Made by a program: the position numbers and the translations under genes | DNA from: Curvularia clavata | Lineage: Eukaryota | Direction: 5' to 3' | Length of the DNA stretch: 64,000 nt | Assembly (NCBI GenBank): GCA_023920165.1 | Contig: CP089277.1 | Location: 4,092,001 to 4,156,000 of the forward strand | Shown: positions 38,339 to 50,186 of the stretch, one piece after another | Position numbering within the stretch: position 1 is the first letter of the stretch | Layout: each line of letters begins with the position of its first letter | The notes under the pieces: generated by a model | The model's database searches: none | Seen by the model: the letters and a program-made list of their open reading frames with translations, nothing else | Told to the model about the DNA's origin: nothing

Positions 38339-41300
38339 CACAAGATATGGAGGTAGTTTGGGAACCTGAGGCAAGCAGCAAAGGTTGTTTGTCCACTTCG
38401 TGGACAGCGGCTGATTAATATGAAGTCTCCAGAGATATTGCTCCGACTAAGAAGGACTGCATTCTAGTCGTCCTTGCTAAGTGCTCTAGGTACCCGTGGT
38501 ACTGACACAAGTCCATGCCAAAATTGGAGCGACTTGGCGCACAAGCAGAGAATCGTCCGGGCATCATCCTGACTTGTGGTTCCATGCACGCGTCAAACCT
38601 CCAACAGGCGACCAGCCTTGATCGAGCTACCATTGATAGCTCCATGATGGAATACTCCGATTGGGCAGGCAGTGAGCAGAATTGTTCAGATTGCCCATCG
38701 ACGAGGATATGTGGGGTGCAGGGGTGTTGTAGATCCGGTTTTGCCGGTATAGGATCGGCATTTGTCTAGTGCGAAAAGGGCAACGGAGAAGACGTGGAAG
38801 CAGCACCTGGATGTGTGGGTGGCACCTTCTGACAGATATTATTTGCTGTAAAGCCTGAACTATATGTTAATTGGCGACGGTAAGCGCGTCCTAAAGTGTC
38901 AAACTTTGCTGCGGCGCTGACAGAGGTAAGTTAACCGTGATTCTTCGGGCGTAGACTTCCGTTGCTACCCATCGCGCCACTATCGGGATTAACATGACAC
39001 GCGCCCCTGGACCCATCGCCAAACTTTAAGAGCCTCCTTGGGTCAGTCGGATAATTACCTACTTAGTGCATTCTCAATTTCAAAACACCGGCTCAGATAA
39101 CCGGGAGTCAACACGCCGATTTTTACACTCGTGATAGGACGACGGACCCAGGAACCCTTTCACAAAAGAAGTTGCTGCTGCATGACTTGGGCAGGCTGAC
39201 AGTAGCTTGTTCCAAAATGATGACAACATACAGGCCTGATATATTCTATAAGCATACCCCGCGCCAAAGCGTTGGCGATAGTTATTTGCAGAAGCAGTAG
39301 CAGCGACTGAATAGGGAGCTAGAGTTGTGGAAACGGATGCAACAACCGTAGTAACAGAGCCGATTTCAACAAATTTGATAGCACCTCAGGTTCTTCACCA
39401 TGCAAGAGGACATCTGGGCAAGTAGAAATGCATCACCAGATGACCACGCAACTGACGTCAATTGCTCGCTGCAGGTGCCAATGCCACCCTTGTCTACATA
39501 AGAATCCTTCAGGCCCTGTACCAGGTGCCTGGGTCTACATAGTCGAGATTGTTCAACCCAATCTCATTATACTTGCTCACGAATTGTGAGATATATTCGA
39601 TAGAAGAATGTTGCAGGACGTACGATTCTCGCAGATCGGACAGGAAGGAATGAAGGTGCACGTCCTAGAGATCTACAACACCCTCCACCAGTAGCAGCTT
39701 TTCGCCTGCAGATCTTTGATAGGTCTTATGAGATTCCATTATAACGCAAACTTTCTACAGGAAAGCTAGTTAGTCTATTACTAAAGACGTAATACTTTCT
39801 TTGGCTTCAAACTTGAAGTCGATGGGATCAGCACCTGGCAGCTCACGCAGCTCATGTGCGAGGCGTGCAGTTCTATCCGTTCATAACTACTCTTCGTGCC
39901 TGTATCTGAAAGACCCTTTTGGAATTATCGAAGAAGCATTAGATATTCAATGGCATGAGCACACTAGCTACTTCGTGGTGGACCGAATCTGCTAGTCGCA
40001 CACATCAGCCGAAGCTCGTCCATAACTTCACGAGACTATCCCTGTGGAAATTCATAAACAGGAACCAACGAAGTGATGAGATGTGGAGATAGCTTCATGG
40101 ATGCCATGTTGCAAAAGCTCACCCATGCGAGATAACGCAGAATTTGAGAAAAATGACTTTCGCTATGGTCTTTGAGTGTTGGATTGAAAAGATTGCAAGG
40201 CTACATCTTGTGGCTCACGCTCTTGACAGTGTATCAGGGGAGCCGCTGCCAGGATTCGTGCATCGAGTTGATTACGACGGGTTCTTGCAGGCTTTTCAAA
40301 AGTTGGCGTGGGAGTAGATAGGTACAATAGTTGAAGCCAGAAGATTAGTCGAGCGTCTGAAGATGAAGGATTCGCGGCGCACGATTTCAGCAAAAACTAG
40401 GTAGCCGCACTATATCAAATACTTCTGCTTAGATTGCGTAAATGAGCTTGTAGCATGCTCCGCGTGCATTGGCCACATTCGGAGCTTCTGGTGCTAGCTT
40501 CGTTACAAGCTGCAAGGAAAAGTCGCGCCTGTTCGAATGCGCGTACGTACGACGTAAAGTCGCTCACAGAAGTGCCAACACTGGCGCTTTAGAGTACTCG
40601 CTTTCCAGAGCTACAACGAGTGATGCAATCTCGCGACACAGCTGCCTGCAGTCTGACGATACCTCTATAATATGCCTTGGGTACTTCACGAAGCTGGATT
40701 GGTGATACAGTCCAGATTACGGAGACATGACGCTTAACAGCCCTTCTTGGGACCGAAAGTGCACGCGAGGCGCACGGACAATGCGGACAGAAATTGCTGT
40801 GCCCGCGGTAACGTACATGCGTGCGTCTCCACAGTACAAACACCAGATGTCGCGCAATGTATTCGGCCTACACAGTATATCCAAGTCTTAACGCAGGCAA
40901 ACCAGCGCGCTCGTACGCTACTCTGAGCCACTAGTCAAGTTGTCAGATGGTCGGCTCGCCTGTCAAGTCCACAACAGCCAAATGTCAAAACCGTTTCTGT
41001 TCCAGCCAAGCCATTTACTTTTTCATCAAGTGCTTCCCCGCCATGGCGAAGCGTTTCGCTCTGGCGAAAACACGTCAGCTCAGCTAGGTATGGCGCTCTA
41101 CAGACTAGTAACGTGAGTCAATGTTACTGGACGCGTACTTTACCACATGTTCTCTGAAGTAGATTAGGTACAGCAGCTGTATCCTCAAGTATAATACAAG
41201 CACTGCTTAATGGTGCTATTGACTTTGTCACCCGGTCTTTTAAATTCCTTCTCACTCCACTAACGGGCAGGTATCCCGGCAACCCTTCTTCTAATTATCG

Positions 41301-44300
41301 ATGTCTTCAAAGTCGGAACAATGTCCAGTCTCAAGTATGGCTGGTGATCATTGCCCAGCGGGGTCTGCTGCTAGCATAGGCAGAAGTCGGATGGGTCCTC
41401 GAGGTTGCACATTCTCTGGATTTGCTGCGCCTGGAGATGTGAATGCTGCGTTTGGAGTAATTGCAAATTCCACACACTTGGAAATGCTGTTGCTGATTAC
41501 AATAGATACCACAACATGCCAACATTGAAGACTTCCTTCGACAAAGGTAGGTATGCCATCAATTCGAGCTAGGACGATTCTGTTAACCAATTAAGGGAAC
41601 GTAAGGCACTCAACGAGCTGATCTATTCGCACGTGCCTTCGATGGACGAGATCAAAAGAATTCAAAATGCTAAAGGCGTGAAGGGTCTTGACACCCTGAA
41701 TATGAATGAACGAGATCTACTGGCAGTTGCGCTTGGTGCACCCGCTCGACAAGTTATACTACGTGCGGAAGAAGTCGGCCCTGCGACGGGCTGGCGAGAT
41801 GGATACTTGAGCACTGAGTACGGCTTTCAACCTCCAGACACAAGCGAGGCTCCAGGTGCTCTACGCAACTCTCCAGGACGAGTGTGGATGGATCTGTGTA
41901 CAAGAATGCCTGGCTGCGTTGCTCGTGGCCGAGTGCGGGAATCAATTGCAGCACTACCCATTATCCAAGGGACGGCCGATACCATCCCAGATAGAGCTCT
42001 ATGGGCAGCTCTGGTTGCCCTTGGTATGCTTTGCTCTATATACCGGTATGAAGAGCGACATGATGGCAATGAGGGCATCAACGTAGCTACAAAGCCTTTC
42101 AAATTGAAAGGCATTTCTGTATGCGACGATCTTGGTGACGAGGTCCAAGGCATCCCTCGTAGCATCGGCCTTCCGTATGTTCAGATTTGCATTCGAATGG
42201 GTCGGTCCATTCCCCACCTCACATTTTTTGACCAGTCGTCTTTCAATGTCGACTACGTTGACCCACTTTCGAAATATCCCTATGTCGGTCGCTTCGACAA
42301 CACCAGGTTACGATGGGGCATGTTCGGTGACGCCGCTGAGAATGCTTTCCTCAAAGGTTGTGCGGATACGGCGGCGAGCTTTCAGCATGGTCCTGATGCC
42401 ATTGCGGCGTGTCAAGAACACGTCATGAACCGTAACAACGAGGGGCTCCTCCGTGAACTCATTCGATTGAAGGAGATCCTGGAACGAATGCCCACAGCCT
42501 TCAACACCATATCGCCTAACGATAGGTCTGGCGAGAACTATGTGTCTCCTACCGAGTGGGTACGCTGGGCCAAGTTCTCAGCGCCTCTGTCTAAACGATG
42601 TCCAGCTACTTCCGGCCTACAATTTCCTCCGTAAGTCAATCCATGTATCTTGAAACTTATTACTAACATGTTTAGGTACCTGGTCATGGATGCCTTCCTC
42701 GGTCGTAAACAGTATAACTCATTCCTTGGCGCTGAAGGTGTACATCTTCGAGCCTGGCTGCCATCGAACCTCCGTGCTTTCATTGCTTCCATCGAGTATC
42801 ATTACCAGGTCCCAGAATATGTGAAGGCATCTGGAGACTCCAGATTGATGGGCGTGCTCGATGGCGTGGTGGAAGCATATACTGGCGAACGAGGCTTTAT
42901 GGGTGCTCATCGGTACAAAGTGTTTGGTGTAAGTCTGTTCTCACTAATATGTTGATCCGACTGACGTTGAAAAGCTACTGGAGTGCGCCGGCAAGTCTGG
43001 CCGGACTGAAACCAATGGGGCTTCTGGAGCTGCTGACGCTCTGAGACCCTGGGAGAAAACGCATGCAGAGTTTTCTGAGGCTATGAAGGAACGTCTGGAG
43101 CCTTTCCGTGGACAGCGCGATGTCGAACCACACGAGATGCGTGGTACATTCGAAGAATGCCGATACCGAGGCAGAATCCTGAGCAGGAACTTCGTCGACT
43201 CAGACTCCAATCGCTCCATCGCGATGGTCACTTTAGACATCCAGGATACCGGCATTACTTTTCAGCCTGGCGACCGCCTTGCTATCATGCCAATGAATAG
43301 CTGGACGGAGTGTGCCAAGGTTGCAGCTGCGCTAGGCCTTGATACTATGCTTGAACAACCTGTCAGCCTGGACCGTACATGGACACGATACGCAGCTCAT
43401 GTTGGCGCCATCTCGCATACAGAGAAGCCTCGGCTCAATGTCATTGATATCCTGCGCAAAGGTCATCTTGCACCGATAACTAAAGAGCTTGCCACAAAGC
43501 TGCATACCCTATTGCGAGCGTCATCGCATGTCGTGTTGCAGGTCCTAGCCACAGACGAATGGCCCGTACGAGCCTCGCTCGGTGACTTACTTCAAGAAGC
43601 TGTGAAAGACACTTCACCACGCATCTGGGATCAAGCATTCGACCTCTCTGGCAATCTGGTCTGGCTGGCAGATCTCATTGCTCTCGAGGTACCACGAACC
43701 TACAGTATCTCCAACTACTCCGACGAACTTCTCCCTAGCACTGTAGACTTGGTATGTTATTTTCTTTGGGCTGACACTCGAGACTGACTTATGTAGACGA
43801 TATCCCGTTCAGAGTACGACCTGTGCCCCACGTTCGCAGGTACTGCCAAACATGTGCGGAACGGCGTTAGCAGTGGCTTCCTAAACCCGCCAGTAGCCGA
43901 AGAGATGGACGTACTTGACGACGAGGATATATTGATCGGCGTGTCAAGGCCTTTCTCATTTCAATTGCCACATGACGATACCTCGCCAGTTGCGCTCTTT
44001 GCAGGTGGAAGTGGCGTGGCACCTTTCCGCAGCTTCTGGCAAGCTCGTTGCAGCAGAGCATGGGGGAAAACTGTCTTATACCTCGGTGTGCAGTCTCGGC
44101 AAAAGTTCTGTTACGAATCTGAGCTTCGTCAGTATGTTAATGAGGGAATGATGGAAGTGCATACGGCATTCTCGCGCGACACGAATGGTCTAGTGTACGA
44201 TCCTGTTTCCAGGGATCTTGTGGAAAAGGAAATGCCTTCACGGTATATTGATGGGCTTATCGTGGAGCAAGGGCAGTTTATATGTGATCTGGTTATGTCA

Positions 44301-46411
44301 AAGGTAAGTTGTATGCTCCCAATCCGGGGAATCTTCGCTAATGTGCTTGAACCACAGAAGCAAGGCGGCATTGGTGGCTACCTTTACGTATGCGGTTCAG
44401 CCGGAGTGTTTGATTCAGTGATGTCCGGCATTCGCCAAGCGCTCTATAATCATCGATCACCCACTATGGAAACTGTGGAGACCATATTGAATACTGCATT
44501 TGCCGAGCGACGCTTTATGCTCGACGTCTTTATGACCCCAAGACCGCTACCTTGCAACCAACCTACGATATCGCTTTCGCAGTTGGCTGTCCATACCGGC
44601 CATATCAAAGGTTCGCGCGTATGGATAGGAGTGCATGGTAAAGTCTATGATGTGTAAGTGTACAGTCCACTCACTCAATGGCTCATATGTGCTAAGATCG
44701 CCGCAGCACCGACTTCTGCGCAATGCACCCAGGTGGTACCAACATCATCAAATCCAACGGCGGTGTAGACTGCACCAAGTCTTTCGATCTGTTGGCCCAT
44801 ACCAACAATCCCGAGGTTTCATCTCTCTTGACCAAGTACTGCATTGGAGAATTGACCCCGAAGCCCGCTTTTCAATCCGAGGACATTAGCATGCTTTACG
44901 ATCTATGGCAGGGCTATCTTCGTGTCGCAACTGAACAAGTGGTCGCGTCGAACTTCGAGGTTGGTATGATCACAGAGTCGCCGCTCGTATGGTTCCAAGG
45001 TGACCTCTTCAACATGGGAGGTGTACGCAGGTTCTATCACTATCAGTCCCGCCTGTTGGAGGGTGGGTTTTCGACTCTCTTTGGAGCGAAACTGCAAGAA
45101 CTGTACCTGAAGATCTCATTCACTCTCGCTAATGTCTCTTCAGCCAACACGCAGTTGTCCGACGTCCTTGGTGTAATCGCTCGTGCTAAAGGCTCCCATG
45201 ATGCTGTCACGGCGTGCCATGAGATTTCTCAAATCGGACAATTCACCTGCGACAGTGAATCTGCTCGTCACCATGAGAAAGGTATAATCGCATATGCGCA
45301 GCGGTCTGTTCAATACGACATGGAGTTTCTCGAGGCTATTAGGGAAGAAGCGTGTACGGGTATGGATGCCTTTGACAGTATCATGGAGCTCGATCTTCCA
45401 TCCAATTCCGAACGAGTCACTGCACTATCCACGTTTCTCATGCAAGTACTCGAAAGGATGGCGAATCGCCTCGAAGGTTTTTACGCCAAGCTCGCTCGTC
45501 ACTCCGTATTCCAACCCAAGATAGAGAGAAACCCGGCTCGTGCTCGATGGAACATTCTCAAGCGGAAGGTTTGGGACAAGTCCTTCTTTATTCTAGCTCG
45601 CGACACATCTATTCAGCCAGCTGCTAGATATCCCACCAACGGTGTCGATTTCGACCGTGTCATATCCCAGATTGAGATGAATCTGAGCAAATCTTCGCCA
45701 ATGAAGGCACGGACCATGGGGCTCAACGAACAGCATGCCGCTCGTGCGATGAGCACTGCAAGCGGTAGCCCTGCGTACGAACAGCACACGCAAAGTAACG
45801 CTCTCAAGGCGATGTCGACTTTTATTGATACTAACAAAAAGGCTATTCGGCGTTTGAGTAAATTACCCCAGGCTATCGATCTGAAGCAATTGATGCAAGC
45901 CTATGGATCGCTACCCCAGGGTAGTCATGGGCTGCAAACACCGCCGTCGAGTCGATCGCCATCGACATCGTCCTCGACAAGATATCCAATGGAACGCCAA
46001 CGATCCAGGACACTCAATGATATGCCACAGCCGTTACAACATCGTAGTACTGCTATGTCTGACTCGGCACGCTCAAACTCAGGTACATCGGCTTATGCGT
46101 CACCAACTGCCGCCATGTCCGCATTGATGACCCAGATGAATACCCGCAAGAAATCCATAACCTCACCAGTCGAGCGAAGCTCTGAATATGGCGATCAGAA
46201 TCGAGCGCGGTCAATGCAAGCATTTTCTGTGCAGAGGCTGGACAGCATGGGTGCGCTAGGAAATACAGGGTCTGATAATGGAGCTGGTAGTCGTATGGAT
46301 AGCATGCATGTGCGTTCTCAGAGTACCACTGGTAATTTGAGGGCGTTTCGACTGCAAGCGAGTACTATAGCTGGTGGCATGAACCGGAGACGCGATATAG
46401 AGCGGACTTAG
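41301..46411 (+). CDS. Multidomain oxidoreductase: IDO/PrnB-like heme domain + FAD/NAD(P)H reductase + cytochrome b5 (~1,590 aa)
   Basis: Seven introns (41457-41505, 41547-41595, 42631-42675, 42929-42974, 43752-43796, 44304-44357, 44654-44706) give one frame. Reductase motifs PRTYSIS, GVSSGFL, FAGGSGVAPFRSF, AFSRD, YVCGS, RFMLDVF. Cyt b5 WIGVHGKVYDVTDF..HPGG..DCTKSF..AH. The N-terminal IDO-like call is inferred from weaker motifs. Confidence 0.85.
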
Positions 46412-47910
46412 AAGAGTGGTGGGGCCTTAGGGGCTTTGGGGATCCTCGTCATATCGGGGCCCACCCACTAGCCCTCCTCACGCTACCACATGTCTTACCT
46501 AACAACAACTTCTGCCCCGGATCAAGGCTCCAAGCTATTATGTGTACCTTGCGCATTTTACGTAACGATAATATTCATCCCCAGACAGAAACTCCACATG
46601 GTCTGACTCTTTGCATAATAGCAAATCTGCCCCAGGTTGTGTCCGCAGTACTGGGTCAGCCCAGGTGTTGGTCACGCCTCCGCCATACTCGATCATGCTT
46701 CCAGAAGCCGAGCTTGCTGTAGCTGACTGCATAATTGCCTATCGTTTAACTCAGGAAGGCAATTGAGTGTGGAGAAGGTCTGTTCTCACCTGCATCCTTC
46801 CGGAGTCTTCGTCCCTCCAATGCCCTCGCGTCGAAAGTATACGCTTGGACGCGTATTTCCATGTTTCGCAACTTTCTCCGCGTCTTCTGCGCCTATCGCA
46901 ATTAATTCCTAGCGCTTTATACTGCCATGAAACGACTTACGTCATTGCAGCATACTACATCATGTTCTGTACCAGCACACGGCTATGTTGGAATTGTTGA
47001 TAGCATCATGTGGCGATGCTGCGTCGCATGAAAGCGCTTGTGAAATCCAAACTACATGTTTCTGAAGCGTACTTTTATACCACTGCAACGTTTCGTAGTA
47101 GAGAAACAAACAACATGACCATGATTTCCAAAATGCAACTCCAACCTAGTATGTAAGCGCATCCCATTTCTGCCAGCTCTACGCGGACCCACGTATATCA
47201 TCAATCTTGACACCATTCATCTAAAAACACAAGAACAATGAGGTATTTCTATTATTTCACTATCTCAGAGGTACTGTTGAATGGATCTGAACGGACCCTT
47301 GTCCCACAACGTCAGCCCAGAAATCCACAAAAGATAAGCGTCTATTTCCCTTGGTCCACACTGCTTGGTCCCTGTTCCGGTCCTGGCTCTCGTGCTTATC
47401 GTTGGACGCAGCTGTCGTGGGCGACTTTGTGGTGAAGCTTGCCAACGCCACTCGGGCAAGCCAGCACCTCAAACGCTCCCCCAGAGTGCTCTCGAACGCG
47501 CTCAACATGCAATCCGCGGGCGCTTGACGGTGGCGACATTGGACCATGCAAAAAATGGAGTTGATTTACCGTCTTGGGCCTAGTCTCGGCAGAACCTCGC
47601 TAAACCTGCACCAGAATTTTGCGGCTGCATGCGGCTCCAGACCCACTCGTCTCGGTCTTTTGCGGCTCCAGGCTCATTCGCCAGTGCGAGAATCACCAGT
47701 CCAGTACCAGTGTCCACAACTCACCTACTCCGTACCTGGGGAAACAATGGGCGCGTCATGGGCGACCTCCACTTCGTTCCTAGGTCTGTGCCAGCCGATG
47801 TCGGTCGGCCCGACGATTTCTGCATAAAGTGCGTCCCACCGTCCTTCGAAGCAGTACTCATCCTCGCGTGCCATCTCTTATTGATACCCCGGATCAGAAA
47901 TTAGAGCAAC

Positions 47911-49554
47911 ATGGCCTTCTCCAACGACAAGGCGGGCGATGACATCGAGTACGGCAGCCAGCTCAAGGCTGAGGACACCAACGCTCAGGGCCAGACGGAT
48001 GCCGTTTTCGGTGAGGTCGTCGAAGGAGGACCCAACTACCGCAGCGTATGTTTCCATGGCATGATTCTTACCTAAACGCATATTGACGCCTGGCAGGTCA
48101 GCTGGTGGGGGTCGTCCATTATCATGATGAAGACACAGATCGGTCTCGGTGTGCTGTCTATCCCCGCTGCGTTTGATGCCCTGGGCCTCATTCCGGGCAT
48201 CATCTCTCTGCTTGCCATCGGCTTGATCACGCTGTGGTCTGGCTACATGGTCGGCACATTCAAAATGCGTCACCCCGAGACGTACGGCATCGAAGATGTG
48301 GGGCAGAAGCTGTTTGGGCGCGCAGGCCGAGAGGTGCTCGGTCTTTCGTTCGCTTTGTGTGGGTCCTTACCTTATGGAAACATGGTTCTCCATTACCCCA
48401 AAGTTGAGCATGTGGACTGACGAGAATACTAGTGTGGACGTGCGTCGCTGGCTCTGGCATGCTGGGCATCTCCATCGGATTGAACTCGTTGTCTGAACAT
48501 GGCACGTGTACTGCTGTCTTCGTGGCTGTAGCCTGCTTTGTGGGTTTTGCAATTGCTTCAATCAAGACCTTGGGCAAGCTCTCTTGGATTGCATGGGTTG
48601 GTCTTGCTGGAATCATGTCAGCTAGTGAGTGTTCCCAAAGTTCTGCATCAAAGAATGTGCCCTGACCACTACAGTCATTACCCTCACCGTCTCAGTGAGC
48701 ATCCAGGATCGCCCCTCTGCGGCGCCTCAATTCGGCCCCTGGCAATCGGATTTTGAGCTCTTCAAGTCACCCACCTTTGCTGAGGCTACAGCTGCCCTAT
48801 CCAGCATCGTCTTCGCCTTCTGCGGTATTCCGGCGTACTTCAACGTCGTGTCCGAGATGAAGGACCATAAGGACTACTTCAAGGCTCTATCGCTGTGTCA
48901 ATTCGTCATGACCTCGATTTACATTGCCATTGGCGTCGTCGTGTACTACTACTGCGGATCGTACGTTGCATCGCCTGCCCTGGGATCCGCAGGTGTCTTG
49001 ATGAAGAAGGTCTGTTACGGGCTTGCGCTTCCGGGTCTGCTTGCCTCTGTCGTCCTGGTTACTCATGTAAGTTGCATCATCTCTTTACTCTTTGCTCTTT
49101 GCAGACAGTGTACTGACCTGACACACAGCTCGTTGCCAAGTACTTCTTCATCCGCACTCTGCGTGGAACAAAGCACCTCAGCCATCCCACCGCTAGGCAC
49201 TGGATCACTTGGTTCAGCTTCACTGCCGCCGTCTCCCTGACTGCATACATCATTGCATCCGCGATTCCTGTCTTTGGTGGTCTCGTCTCGCTCGTGGGCG
49301 CACTTCTGGGCACTCTCATGAGCTTCCAGCCCATGGGCTGCATGTGGCTGTACGACAACTGGCACCGGTCCAACCGCGACTGGAGGTGGAAGGGCATGGT
49401 CGCCTGGTCCATCTTCGTCATTGTGTCTGGCACATTCCTACTCATTGGTGGTACGTATGGGTCAATTGTCGGCATCATCGACTCGTACAACAAGAATGGC
49501 GGTACCAAGCCTTGGTCGTGCGCAGACAACTCCAACTCGAGCGGTGGTCACTAG
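47911..49554 (+). CDS. Amino acid permease, AAAP/Aa_trans family (Neurospora Mtr-like neutral/aromatic amino acid transporter)
   Basis: DAVFGEVVEGGPNYRS-VSW..MMKTQIGLGVLSIP, RHPETYGIED, GIPAYFNVVSEMKD, VASPALGSAG, WSCADNS. Four introns. Confidence 0.92.
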
Positions 49555-50186
49555 GAATGCCTGTTAGAGGGAGAGTCATGATTTGATGGTCCTCTAGTCC
49601 TGTTCTTTTAGCGTTGCATATGCATGATCTGAATACGAATACCTTACATTGGTCTACTATGTGCCGTACCATGAATGTTTAAAGTTTCAAATAAAAGGTG
49701 GCTGCTTCTGGAGGAGACTGCCAATCTCCACAACAATAGCCGCACGAGCCATGCTCAATAGACAACATACCGCGACCTGGACGGCCTTGACATATGCGTG
49801 GCATCTGCTCTCGCGGTACAGGCGGCATCTGTGTTAACCAATCAGCGTTGGGGTAGCAATAAACCAAGGTAAGCGAGAAAAAATATTACTATAATTTAAT
49901 GCATCTGCTTCGCTATTGCACCACAGTTGAGCCGATGCTTGAGTCTAACTTGGCCGACATGATATACCACAGCGACAGCGCAAAACGCGCCCGTCGCAGC
50001 CCCGCCTGACACATTCTTAATGCCCGCGTGCAGTATTGGCTCGTTGGGGGCCAAATTGTTATCCAATGGCCACGTACCGCGAACTAGTCAGCTTACACTG
50101 TAAGGCCAGCCGCCACTGCACCCGACAACAATGAGAGCTCCCCCCACCTCTCATGGTCTCTTGGAAGCTTCCAAATCGACACAGTC

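Noticed and set aside
38400..41300. 2.9-kb gap between the CFEM gene and the IDO-like fusion; possible decayed gene near 39800-40400
   Set aside because: No recognisable domain or consistent reading frame; would need tblastx to support.
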